Positions 27,206 to 36,028 of a stretch of DNA of 64,000 nucleotides are shown here, in pieces. A program made the translations under genes and the position numbers. Below the pieces are notes generated by a model. The model was not told where the DNA came from, did not search any database, and saw nothing but the letters and a program-made list of their open reading frames with translations. This DNA is from Nanobdellota archaeon (GTDB lineage: Archaea > Nanobdellota > Nanobdellia > Pacearchaeales > GW2011-AR1): assembly GCA_022561055.1 (NCBI GenBank), contig JADFRY010000001.1, positions 57,025-121,024 of the forward strand. Direction: 5' to 3'. How positions within the stretch are numbered: position 1 is the stretch's first letter; every line of letters starts with the position of its first letter.

Positions 27206-28015
27206 CTAGGAGGTCCCAGACCTCTTTGAACATAAAAAGAAACCCCTTTTCATGTTATCTGTAAAGTATCCTGTTTGTTTGATTTCGTCTTCTACTTTTT
27301 GTTTTATTACTTCCATTGCATGAGTCCATTCTTTTTCAGATGAGGGATTAAAGAAATTCTTGATTGAATTTAGCGTCTCCATATATATTTTTGAATCTTT
27401 TATTATTATTTCTCTTTCATAGATGAATGTATTATCTACTCTGAATACTTTTTCTAGCTGTCTTTTTCCGTTTCTTAAATTGAATTTAGAGCTGAATTTT
27501 GGGAAGGGTTCTGACTTTATTATTTTTTCTACTTCTTTTCTGAATTTTTTGTGTTTTGCTCTGTTTTCTTGGCTACTTGTGGAGATTATTAATTTTCCTT
27601 CAATTTTGAGTACTCTGTTCCATTCATGTAGCGTTTTTTGTATATTTGGCATGTGATATAACATGAAAAATGCTATTATTATATCAATTGATTTATCAGG
27701 GAAAGATAGCTTATCGGCTCCCCCAACTATGAATTCAATTCCTTCTTGCTTATTTTTGTGGAACATTTTTTCATTTGTGTCTAAACCAGCTAATTTTCCT
27801 TTGTGCCCGCTTGCTTTTATGTGCGAGAGAAAATTTCCGTCTCCGCAACCAATATCTAAGATAGTCTCATTTCCTTTTAGATCTAATTTGTTAATTGCTT
27901 CTTGAATTAGATTGGTTTTTGGTGAGGTGTATTCGTAAATATTCCATCTTGCTTTTACCTTTTCAGGAGTTGAATATTGGTCTTTTAATTGAGATTTTTC
28001 AAGTGTTGAACTCAT
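27206..28015 (-). CDS. class I SAM-dependent methyltransferase
   Basis: Motif I 'ILDIGCGDGNF', motif post-I 'LAGLD'. Confidence 0.7.
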   Translation of the reverse strand: MSSTLEKSQLKDQYSTPEKVKARWNIYEYTSPKTNLIQEAINKLDLKGNETILDIGCGDGNFLSHIKASGHKGKLAGLDTNEKMFHKNKQEGIEFIVGGADKLSFPDKSIDIIIAFFMLYHMPNIQKTLHEWNRVLKIEGKLIISTSSQENRAKHKKFRKEVEKIIKSEPFPKFSSKFNLRNGKRQLEKVFRVDNTFIYEREIIIKDSKIYMETLNSIKNFFNPSSEKEWTHAMEVIKQKVEDEIKQTGYFTDNMKRGFFLCSKRSGTS

Positions 28016-28191
28016 TATATTACTCTTTTTATTTGAGCTTTTATCTTAGCTTTGCCTCCCCTTGGTTTGATTAGGAGTTTATTACACGAGCGACATTTGA
28101 CTCTTATAGAAGCTTTGCCAAATGTTATTTGTAGATAGTTACATCTAGGACATTTTATTTTTATGAACTTACTTTCTATTGTTTTTATCAT
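28015..28191 (-). CDS. rps27e: ribosomal protein S27e (58 aa), not in ORF track
   Basis: Minus-strand ORF MIKTIESKFIKIKCPRCNYLQITFGKASIRVKCRSCNKLLIKPRGGKAKIKAQIKRVI; C4 zinc ribbon CPxC..CxxC and 'PRGGKAK' signature; TAATG overlap with downstream methyltransferase start. Confidence 0.8.
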   Translation of the reverse strand: MIKTIESKFIKIKCPRCNYLQITFGKASIRVKCRSCNKLLIKPRGGKAKIKAQIKRVI

Positions 28192-28215
28192 AGAATTCTG
28201 TAAGTAAACAGTTTT

Positions 28216-29535
28216 TTAAACCTTTATAAGCTCTACGTCAAGAATGTTTTTTAGGTTGTCTATGAAATCTTGTTCTTGGTCTTTTTGAATAATGCAGCCG
28301 GCTGCGTTTGGGTGTCCTCCTACTTCTCCAGATAGAGGCATGACTGCTCTGGCCAGGATTTCTCTTACGTTTCTTCCATTTCTGCCTGCTACTCTCGCCG
28401 ACACTTTTATTTTAGTTGTATCACAGTCAGCCATTGTTATAATAATCATTCCCTTTGGACACGAGGGCGAGAAGGACATTATCGATGCTATTGTTCCTAT
28501 CATTGTATCTTTTATTTTGTCTTGAGCATTAATTATTGTATAGTTTTTTCCTGATATTTTTTTCATTTGTGAAATTCGTCCGAGTGCCGATGATAGGCTT
28601 TGTCTGTATTTCGTGTATACTTTTTCTGCGTCTTTTTTTAACTTTTTATTTCCTAAGCAAAAGCCGAGAGATAATTCTGGGTAGTCCATTCTGCTGCATG
28701 CGTTTATCATTGCAGATAATTCTCTTGCATCTTCTATTCTATTGAAGAATTTTGTTAAGTATATGTTTCCTATAATTTCAGAATGATATTTTTCTCCGGA
28801 TTTTTTTAACATTATGGCTGTTAGGAGGGAGGACATTTCTTTTTCCGTTAGTTCTGCCAGAGATTTGAAACTCTTTGGCCCTCTTTCTATTCCTGACTCT
28901 CTTAATATTTCCAGGACACCCTTGAATGAACCAGTTACTCCTGGTATATGAAAGCCTAAAGAATTTTCTAGTACCCTGTCTAAAGGTCTCGTTGCTGGGT
29001 AGAGCAGAATCCCTTTCTTTATTAGAACTTCTGCATCTTTTAGTATTTTATCATAGATTTTTCCTATGTTTTTTTCTAAGACGTCTCCTATCATTCCAAT
29101 GACTGCGAGATTTGCCAAGTCTTTATTTTGTTCAGATAATTCGCGAGCAAATAAGTAGCAAAGAGCAGAAGAAGATATATTTTCTTCTTTGAAAAGTACC
29201 GGGTTGATTATTGTTATGTTAGAAGGAATTGATTGCATAATTTCGTGATGGTCTAAAATAAATATTTCTGTATTTTTTTTCTCTAGGTAGGGTAAACTTC
29301 CTGAAGCAAGGTCTAGAAAGATTAGTACATGGTTTTCTGGTAGATTTTCTATGAATTCCTTTTCAAGATTTTTAACTATTTGTAAAGAAAATTTTTTGTT
29401 CCATCTTTGCAACGCTCTTGAAAAAATAGCTGCTGAAGTAATGCCATCGGTGTCGTTGTGGCTGATTATTTTTATTGGTTTTTCTTTTGATAGTGTGTTG
29501 ATTTTTTCAATTAGTTCTTTTATTGCTTTTTGCAT
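28216..29535 (-). CDS. DHH-family phosphoesterase (RecJ/GAN-like or nanoRNase-like) with DHHA1 domain
   Basis: 'IISHNDTDGITSAAI', 'ILDHHE', C-terminal 'GGHPNAAG'. Confidence 0.7.
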   Translation of the reverse strand: MQKAIKELIEKINTLSKEKPIKIISHNDTDGITSAAIFSRALQRWNKKFSLQIVKNLEKEFIENLPENHVLIFLDLASGSLPYLEKKNTEIFILDHHEIMQSIPSNITIINPVLFKEENISSSALCYLFARELSEQNKDLANLAVIGMIGDVLEKNIGKIYDKILKDAEVLIKKGILLYPATRPLDRVLENSLGFHIPGVTGSFKGVLEILRESGIERGPKSFKSLAELTEKEMSSLLTAIMLKKSGEKYHSEIIGNIYLTKFFNRIEDARELSAMINACSRMDYPELSLGFCLGNKKLKKDAEKVYTKYRQSLSSALGRISQMKKISGKNYTIINAQDKIKDTMIGTIASIMSFSPSCPKGMIIITMADCDTTKIKVSARVAGRNGRNVREILARAVMPLSGEVGGHPNAAGCIIQKDQEQDFIDNLKNILDVELIKV

Positions 29536-29598
29536 CCTATAAACTTGATTGTCTTTATGAAGTATAAGACAACAATCTAAACCTCTTTTAAGTAATTA

Positions 29599-29934
29599 TT
29601 ATTTATTTGCTAACTTTTTTAATTTATTGAGTCTTGCTGTATATTTTACAAGCGACCTTTTGCTTGTGTAGTCATGTTTGTTTTTCTCAAGGTGTTTTCT
29701 TAGGGCAATTATTTTTTTGTTTGCGTTATTGTATTCACTATCTTCCCATAAACCAGCCCTTTCTAATATTTTTTTAGTTTTTGTGCCGAATATTTTGACT
29801 TTTGGTATTCCGTGTTGGTCTCTTATTATGAGTCCGATTTTTTCTGGAGGGGTGCCTTTTTTTGCTAATTCAATTATTTCTTTCTCTATTTCTTCTGGTT
29901 TTGTCTTTACCCAATCTGTTTTTTGTTGCTGCAT
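29599..29934 (-). CDS. rps15: ribosomal protein S15 (uS15/S13e family), short form
   Basis: 'IIALRKHLEKNKHDYTSKRSLVKYTARLNKLKKL' matches uS15 C-terminal signature. Confidence 0.65.
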   Translation of the reverse strand: MQQQKTDWVKTKPEEIEKEIIELAKKGTPPEKIGLIIRDQHGIPKVKIFGTKTKKILERAGLWEDSEYNNANKKIIALRKHLEKNKHDYTSKRSLVKYTARLNKLKKLANK

Positions 29935-29986
29935 GTTTAAGAGTGTTGTGGTGAAGGTTTAAAAAGATAACTGCAAGGGTTTTTTC

Positions 29987-30511
29987 ATGGAAGAAGTTAG
30001 GAGTGGAATTTTTAGGCTGGAAGATGGAATTGTAAATCCTAGTGAGAAGCAGTTGGTAGTAGTACATCCTTGGTATGAAGATAATCATGGGAGTAGGAGC
30101 AAGGATTATTTATTGAATATTGAGAGATTGCTTAATGATTATGATGGGCAGGTTATTGTTTTGGAAGAGGATAGAAATTTAGAGTCTACAGTGGAGAGAT
30201 TTTTGGGATTTGATAGAACAGATGGAAGATATTTTGTCTTTACGGAGGAGGATGACGCGGAATCGGCAGATGATATCGCTTCGGAAGAATTTGAATTGAT
30301 AAATACGGATTGGGAAGAACTTGCGGATTTTATCAGGCCAATGGGAAAGGAAGTAAGATATGCCGGAGGATTTTTCTGGGGAAATGTTAAGCCTCATCCT
30401 GCCATTGCCGAAGCAACATGGAGAAATCATAATGGATGTTTGGGTAATGCATATGAAGAGCTCAAGAGTAGAGGAATAACTGGAGAAGCGGTTCCAGGTT
30501 GTGTGTTTTGA
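29987..30511 (+). CDS. hypothetical protein (174 aa)
   Basis: ORF only. Confidence 0.35.
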   Translation: MEEVRSGIFRLEDGIVNPSEKQLVVVHPWYEDNHGSRSKDYLLNIERLLNDYDGQVIVLEEDRNLESTVERFLGFDRTDGRYFVFTEEDDAESADDIASEEFELINTDWEELADFIRPMGKEVRYAGGFFWGNVKPHPAIAEATWRNHNGCLGNAYEELKSRGITGEAVPGCVF

Positions 30512-30518
30512 GAAATCC

Positions 30519-30526
30519 TTATAAAG
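30519..30526 (+). promoter_or_regulatory. TATA box (TTATAAAG) ~25-30 nt upstream of tRNA-Gln
   Basis: AT-rich TATA-like octamer at expected archaeal promoter distance. Confidence 0.45.
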
Positions 30527-30548
30527 CTAGTTTTTTATCATGAAATAT

Positions 30549-30621
30549 AGCCCTATAGTCTAGTGGTCAAGGACGCGGCCCCTTGGAGGCCGAAACCCCG
30601 GTTCGAATCCGGGTGGGGCTA
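30549..30621 (+). tRNA. tRNA-Gln (anticodon TTG); C at position 33; alternative reading Pro-TGG not excluded
   Basis: AGCCCTA..TGGGGCT acceptor with A1:U72 (archaeal Gln hallmark), T arm CCCGG-TTCGAAT-CCGGG, anticodon stem CGGCC/GGCCG, loop CCTTGGA. Confidence 0.65.
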
Positions 30622-30650
30622 TTTTTATAAACTCTTTTTTCTTATAATAA

Positions 30651-30865
30651 GTATGGTAATGGCGTACGGCTCTAAGAGGGTTGGCGATATTAGGAATGAA
30701 CCCTCTTATCGGGATCCCAGTAGGGTTTTGTTTGGTTTAAGAATGGATCGAGTTATAGACCAACTTGAGGAGGATGGTCGCCGGAGGATAGAGCAGGGTT
30801 TAGAGGATGTTGATGGAGCAAAGAGGAAGACATATAAGATTTTAGGTTTGAGGGTTGTTATTTAA
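30651..30865 (+). CDS. questionable small ORF (71 aa) in locally GC-rich block with atypical codons; may instead be structured RNA
   Basis: Listed ORF 30563..30865 overlaps tRNA; trimmed to Met 30651; codons CGG/CGC/CCC rare elsewhere in window. Confidence 0.25.
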
Positions 30866-31578
30866 TATTGCGTTTTATATCTTCCTCGAGATTCTACTTT
30901 TTTTAATCTAACTAGGACTTGGGAGTAATTTTTTGAGCTTTTGTAGCCTTGCAGGATTGCCTTAAAGCAGGCTTCATGGATTTTAGAGTGTTTTGCTTCT
31001 AACGCCTGAGAGATTAGATGTAGGTCGACGGCTTTGTCTTCGATTCTATCGCTATGGAATCCTAAACCGAAGTCGATGAAGAATACATTTGGTATTTTGG
31101 AATTGGAACTAACCCTCCCACCCATCCCTTTGTTATCTATTAAACTACTGTCTTTGTTATGGGATAATTTGGATTTGTGTTGATTTGAGGGACTTGATGT
31201 AGAAGAGAGAATCATATTACTAGTAGTTAAATCTCCATGGATGATTCCGGCATCGTGTAGTTTTGCGATGTTTTTTCCGATTTGTTTAGAGACCGCTATT
31301 TTATTTGGTAGTTTGTCGAGGTGTTTCGAGAGTTTTTTGCCTGATATGAAATCCATTGTTATTTCAAAATTGTCTGAGCCTAAGATTTTAGGAGAGGGAA
31401 TAATAGATGATATTTTTTTTAGTATTTTAGTTTCTGAGCGAGTTCTTCTAGTTCTTAACTTTTTATCTAGTTCTGGATGGCGGTAGCCTTTTTCTACGCG
31501 AGTTTTTAGGACTTTGTTTCCTATTTTAGAGATTACGGCTTCTGCGCCTCGGGCGATGATTTTACTTTTAAGACTCAT
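30862..31578 (-). CDS. bud32: KEOPS complex kinase Bud32 (with Ser-rich insertion)
   Basis: 'IARGAEAVI', 'YRHPELDKKLRTRRTRSE', 'IIHGDLTTSNMIL', 'FFIDFGLG'. Confidence 0.8.
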   Translation of the reverse strand: MSLKSKIIARGAEAVISKIGNKVLKTRVEKGYRHPELDKKLRTRRTRSETKILKKISSIIPSPKILGSDNFEITMDFISGKKLSKHLDKLPNKIAVSKQIGKNIAKLHDAGIIHGDLTTSNMILSSTSSPSNQHKSKLSHNKDSSLIDNKGMGGRVSSNSKIPNVFFIDFGLGFHSDRIEDKAVDLHLISQALEAKHSKIHEACFKAILQGYKSSKNYSQVLVRLKKVESRGRYKTQY

Positions 31579-31616
31579 AATTTATTTACAATAATAATGT
31601 TTTTAAAGCTATTACA

Positions 31617-32240
31617 GTGTTCTTTTTTATGAAATTTGATCCTGTTTTGGAAGCAGAACGTGTTAAGAGGCTTAATGATTTAGTCGGGGGCGTTGAGAAC
31701 TATGATATTTTTGTTAGTACTGATGTAGATTCTTATAGCGAAGTGAGAGCTAAGTCAGGATTATTTGATGCATTGGAAAATTTATGTGAGGAGTTAGGAC
31801 ATAAACCTTTCATGCCCCATCATTTTGCTTTTGATGATAATGGAAGAGAAACTTTGGAGGCTAGGGACTTATATGTTTTAGTTAATGAGCTAATGGTTCC
31901 TAAATGCGATTTGTTTCTTGGTTATTTAGGTATTATGTCTACAGGAGTTGGCATGATGGTTGGGAAAGCTATGTTAGAGAGGAAAGATATTATATTTTTT
32001 CATGAAAAAGGAAATAAGTTAGAAACAGTTTCAGATGTCAGAAAACTGGTCAGAGGAACTTCTATGGATTCATTGACAGATCCAGAAATTCTTAATAGTC
32101 CACGTATTTTTTACCATCATGATCACCCACATGGGCCATTGATTCCATATCCTCATTTGAGAGGGGTTGTTAGATTTGATGGTGTTAGTGAATGTGTTGA
32201 TAAACTTAGGGTAGAGATAAAGAGATACGCTGAGGGATGA
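31617..32240 (+). CDS. hypothetical protein, possibly nucleoside 2-deoxyribosyltransferase-like / SLOG-like Rossmann fold
   Basis: 'YDIFVSTDVD' first strand, 'LGIMSTGVGMMVGKAMLERKDIIFF' resembles NDT-family C-terminal motif but lacks Glu nucleophile. Confidence 0.3.
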   Translation: MFFFMKFDPVLEAERVKRLNDLVGGVENYDIFVSTDVDSYSEVRAKSGLFDALENLCEELGHKPFMPHHFAFDDNGRETLEARDLYVLVNELMVPKCDLFLGYLGIMSTGVGMMVGKAMLERKDIIFFHEKGNKLETVSDVRKLVRGTSMDSLTDPEILNSPRIFYHHDHPHGPLIPYPHLRGVVRFDGVSECVDKLRVEIKRYAEG

Positions 32241-32321
32241 GTTTTAAGGGTTTTTGGGGAAGGTATTTAACTCAGAAATTGCTTTGTTAGTGAGAGCTTG
32301 AATGCTTTTCTGGTTTAGATA

Positions 32322-32639
32322 TCATGCTGCTAACCTATCCATTTTTCTTAGTGGGCGGATATTATAGCCAACTCTTGAAGAGGCATAGGCATCTGTTTTG
32401 CATTCGTCTATTAATCCTTGTGCATGTCCGCTTTCGTGATGATAGACAAATTGTCGGTCGTGTTCTGAGATATCACTTGCAACATAGATTGTATGAGTGA
32501 TTGAATCATACATTCCTAAGACTCCTGGCGGGAGTTGAGAAGAAGGGACTTCTATTATTTTAGCTCCAGAGTTATAATCTATTTCTAGTTTTCTTTCTAA
32601 TTCAGAGGGTGTTTCTGTATTGTGAGGTCTTTGTTTCAT
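32322..32639 (-). CDS. minimal zinc metallopeptidase-like protein (HExxH)
   Basis: 105 aa; 'VYHHESGHAQGLIDE' = HExxH + downstream Glu. Confidence 0.45.
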   Translation of the reverse strand: MKQRPHNTETPSELERKLEIDYNSGAKIIEVPSSQLPPGVLGMYDSITHTIYVASDISEHDRQFVYHHESGHAQGLIDECKTDAYASSRVGYNIRPLRKMDRLAA

Positions 32640-32714
32640 TAAACTAAGAGATGAGTAGAGGTTAAAAGGGTTTTGGGAAGTATGGTGGCTAAAGCTTAAA
32701 TACTTGAGAGAGGA

Positions 32715-33449
32715 TTGGGTTTTATGGAAATTTTATTTATAGACGAATCCGAATTTAATAAAAAAATGAAAAAAGACTGCTTTATACTTGGAGGGGTTTC
32801 TATTGCGGAAGAAAATTTGATAAATTTTGAGCAAAAAATAGATTCCTTGAAGTCTGAGCTAAAGGTTAAGAATCTCAAAGAATTTAGAGACACAACCAAG
32901 ATAAAAAGGAAAGAAAAACTTAAAATAACTGAGACAATAGTTTCTATATTGAAGGAGTGTAATGTTTCAGTATCCTCCGTTATTTTTGGAGATTTAGAGG
33001 AAAATTACTGGGAAAATTATTCTAACGCTTTATATTTCATATTGGAAAGATTTTTCCTTAGACTTCATAGAAATAAACAGTTTGGATTAGTAATATGTGA
33101 CTCTCTTTCTAAGGAAAGAGAGTTTCTAATAGCTTCAAAAATGATTTTAGAGATAAAAAATTGTAATGTGATTTTGAAAGGGGATGATAAGGGTAAAATG
33201 AGCGCTCACGTTTATCCTTCAATTTTATTCCAAATGGACGAGTTCTGTAATGCGTTGCAAGTTGCAGATCTTATTTGCTCATCTTTACAGTTAGCTGTTA
33301 GAGAGTTTAAGGCTAGCAATCCTGGAATTACTATAAAAGGTAACGAGCATGTTTTGAAAGAACTCAGTCCTTATTTAGAGTTATATTACCCTCTTTTTGA
33401 GAAGGGTCCCTTTGGCATAAGGGGTTGGGGAATAAAAGTTTGGGATTAA
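32715..33449 (+). CDS. DUF3800-like protein
   Basis: N-terminal 'ILFIDESEF' matches the (I/L)YIDESG signature of DUF3800. Confidence 0.45.
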   Translation: MGFMEILFIDESEFNKKMKKDCFILGGVSIAEENLINFEQKIDSLKSELKVKNLKEFRDTTKIKRKEKLKITETIVSILKECNVSVSSVIFGDLEENYWENYSNALYFILERFFLRLHRNKQFGLVICDSLSKEREFLIASKMILEIKNCNVILKGDDKGKMSAHVYPSILFQMDEFCNALQVADLICSSLQLAVREFKASNPGITIKGNEHVLKELSPYLELYYPLFEKGPFGIRGWGIKVWD

Positions 33450-33460
33450 CTATTTTCTTC

Positions 33461-34822
33461 CTAGAACCCTCTCTTCATCTTCTTCCCGCCGAGCTTCTTG
33501 GCCATTTTCATAAGAGTTTTTTGGTCTATTTTTCCTTCCGCCATGTCGCTTTGCGATTTAACCATTTCTTGAATCATTTTGTATTGTTTAAGCATCATTC
33601 TAATTTCACTAGTTGTCGTTCCGGAACCCTTTGCAATTCTTTGTATCCTTGCTGTTTGTTTTTCTAATAGCTCGGGGTCGTTTTTTTCTTCTTCAGTCAT
33701 TGATTGTTTTATATAATCCCATCTTTTTAGTTTGTCCAAGTCAGTTTTTGCAGATTCGGGCACTTTAATTTTTCCTAAGCCTGGTATCATGGACATTATC
33801 TTATCTATACTTCCTATATCCCCCATACCTTTTGCTTGCTCTATGAAATCTTCTAAGTTTAATTTGCCTTCTTCCAGTCTTTTTTGAGTTTCTTCTAGTT
33901 TTTTAGGGTCTGCTGCGGATTTTACTTTTTCGATAAGTGATTCCAAGTCTCCCATGCCGAGAAGACGCGATAGGAATGAATTCGGATTAAAATGTTCTAG
34001 GTCTACTGGCTTTTCTCCTGTTCCTATGAAGACGACCGGAACTTTAATTTCGGCGCAAGCTGTTAAAGCTCCCCCGGCTTTCGCCGTGGAGTCCATTCTC
34101 GTTATGATTACGCCGGTTATTTTTACAGCTTCTTTGAAAGTTTCTGCCTGGGTTTTCGCAGCCTGACCTATGTCTGCAGGCATTACGAGGAAAGTTTCTG
34201 TTGGATCGACTATGCGAGAAATTGATTTTATTTCGGTAATTAAGTCTTTGTTGAGAGCATCTCTTCCTGCAGTATCGACGAGGACGAGATTATATTTTGA
34301 TGTTTCTTTTTCATATTTTTTCCATATTTTTAAAGGGTCTTTTTCTTTCGAGTCTATGAAAGCAGGTATATTTAGTTTGTCGCATAACTGTTTTAATTGT
34401 TCTGAGGCTGCGGGCCTGTGAACGTCTAGACCAACGGCGCAGACTTTCTTTCCTCTTTTACTATAATATAGAGCTAGCTTCGAGATCGTTGTGGTTTTTC
34501 CTGCTCCATAGAGTCCGAGCATCAAGAAGACATTTCTTTTTCCTAGTTTGATTTGTTTTTCTTCTCCTAAAATTGTTAGTAGTTCGTTGTGGAGGAGTTT
34601 GATTATATGCTCTTTTTTTTCAATTCCTTTAATCCTTTCATCTAAAGCTGCTTTTTTTATTTTATTAGAGAGATCCAGGACTAATTGGACATTGACGTCT
34701 GCTTCTATCAACGCTCTTTGCAAGTCTTTTACGATTGAGTCTACGAGGTTTTTGTCTAGAAAGATAGCATTCGCTATTTTGTCTGTTGCTTTTTTTAACG
34801 CGTTTGATAGTTTGTCTAACAT
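33461..34822 (-). CDS. srp54: signal recognition particle protein SRP54
   Basis: 'LGLYGAGKTTTISKLA', 'LVDTAGR', Met-rich M domain 'MGDIGSIDKIMSMIPG'. Confidence 0.9.
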   Translation of the reverse strand: MLDKLSNALKKATDKIANAIFLDKNLVDSIVKDLQRALIEADVNVQLVLDLSNKIKKAALDERIKGIEKKEHIIKLLHNELLTILGEEKQIKLGKRNVFLMLGLYGAGKTTTISKLALYYSKRGKKVCAVGLDVHRPAASEQLKQLCDKLNIPAFIDSKEKDPLKIWKKYEKETSKYNLVLVDTAGRDALNKDLITEIKSISRIVDPTETFLVMPADIGQAAKTQAETFKEAVKITGVIITRMDSTAKAGGALTACAEIKVPVVFIGTGEKPVDLEHFNPNSFLSRLLGMGDLESLIEKVKSAADPKKLEETQKRLEEGKLNLEDFIEQAKGMGDIGSIDKIMSMIPGLGKIKVPESAKTDLDKLKRWDYIKQSMTEEEKNDPELLEKQTARIQRIAKGSGTTTSEIRMMLKQYKMIQEMVKSQSDMAEGKIDQKTLMKMAKKLGGKKMKRGF

Positions 34823-34875
34823 GAAAAAGAGAGAAAAAGAGGAGTATTAAAGGTTTTCCCTAAATGCAATTTGAA

Positions 34876-35508
34876 TTATTTGTCGTTTTCGTTAGGAGTT
34901 GGATTGTATATAGATTCTAATCTAGCTTTTCTTTTATCTATTAGCTCTTGTCTCGTAGTTTCAGTTTGATCGGTTAATTCTGATAGGCCTGATTCTGTTA
35001 TTCTGTCGAATGGAACATATTCGCTTGTTGGTGTTTGAATATAAGGATGTTTTGTGCCGTCGCTTCTTTCGACTAAGACTCCTCTGTCGTTAGGGGTTTC
35101 GAATGGAATTAATCGAGTTTCTCTTCCACTATGATATCCAATTGTAATGCCGAAAATTATTGTTCCATAGACAGCTAATCCTGAAACAGCTCCGATCATA
35201 GGATTACGAGGACGTAGATGATGAGCACCACCAGCACCAGCAACAATAGCATTACCAACACCAACAGCACCAACAGCAGCAGCAGCACCAACAATAGCAG
35301 CACCAACAATAGCACCAGTACCAGCACCAGTACCAGCAACAGCACCAGCAGCATAAACAACAATAACACCAACAGCAGCACCAACAGCACCAACAGCACC
35401 AACAGCAGCACCAACAGCAGCAGTACCAGCAGCAACCTTAAGACCACCCTCCATATCATGTTTGTTAGTAGTGTCTTGAATTTCTTGGTCTGTTTTTTCT
35501 TCTGGCAT
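34876..35508 (-). CDS. Ala/Val/Gly-repeat membrane-like protein with unique N- and C-terminal segments
   Basis: ~115 aa of AGV repeats encoded by CAC/CAG/CAA-rich microsatellite, flanked by non-repetitive sequence. Confidence 0.4.
   Translation of the reverse strand: MPEEKTDQEIQDTTNKHDMEGGLKVAAGTAAVGAAVGAVGAVGAAVGVIVVYAAGAVAGTGAGTGAIVGAAIVGAAAAVGAVGVGNAIVAGAGGAHHLRPRNPMIGAVSGLAVYGTIIFGITIGYHSGRETRLIPFETPNDRGVLVERSDGTKHPYIQTPTSEYVPFDRITESGLSELTDQTETTRQELIDKRKARLESIYNPTPNENDK
35215..35450. repeat. imperfect trinucleotide microsatellite (CAC CAG CAA CAG ...) inside CDS
   Basis: accagcaccagcaacaatagc..caccaacagcagcaccaacagcagcag tract visible in sequence. Confidence 0.8.
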
Positions 35509-35650
35509 GGTTTTTTAGATTTAGGGGAGTTTATAAAGTTTTCTATTGATGTAATTGTGTAGTGGTGTTTTATTTTTAAAAGAGGATGGTAATAAAGTTA
35601 TGGTTTAGTGCAGTAAGGTTTATTAAGGGATTTTTGTTTTATGAGTTATT

Positions 35651-36028
35651 ATGGTAGGTGATCATGATATTGGATGTCCTATTTCTATTCACGAAGCAGT
35701 CTATACTGGTAGCTATGTTTGTTTTAGGGATGGTAATCGAAATTTAAGTATTCCTGTAAATGATTGTTCTCTTGAATATCTGTCTCCTGTTTCTTCTAGT
35801 TATTTTGACCATGCTAGTGGCGCATTTAGAGATAGAACTTATCCTGAAGCACGTGCTATTGCGATTGAAAGAGGAGCAAGTATTATAGCTAGGTCACCCC
35901 GGGGAGGTCCAACACCGAGTGGGAATTATCCTTTGTTTAAATGGGTTGATAGAGAGACTGAAAGTGCTGTTGAAGAAAGAGAGCCATTTGAAGAGCGGGT
36001 GCCTGTAGAGGTTTTCGCTTTAGCTTAG
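35651..36028 (+). CDS. hypothetical protein (125 aa)
   Basis: ORF only; 3' end overlaps ftsY 3' end. Confidence 0.3.
   Translation: MVGDHDIGCPISIHEAVYTGSYVCFRDGNRNLSIPVNDCSLEYLSPVSSSYFDHASGAFRDRTYPEARAIAIERGASIIARSPRGGPTPSGNYPLFKWVDRETESAVEEREPFEERVPVEVFALA

Noticed and set aside
30563-30650. 5' part of listed ORF 30563..30865
   Set aside because: It overlaps the tRNA-Gln gene on the same strand. The ORF was trimmed to Met 30651 and is itself doubtful.
35196-35562. Alternative ORFs across the microsatellite (poly-Leu/Val 35196..35459 minus; Ser/Thr/Asn-rich 35218..35562 plus)
   Set aside because: They are products of the repeat being open in all frames. Only 34876..35508 has non-repetitive flanking domains and operon context.
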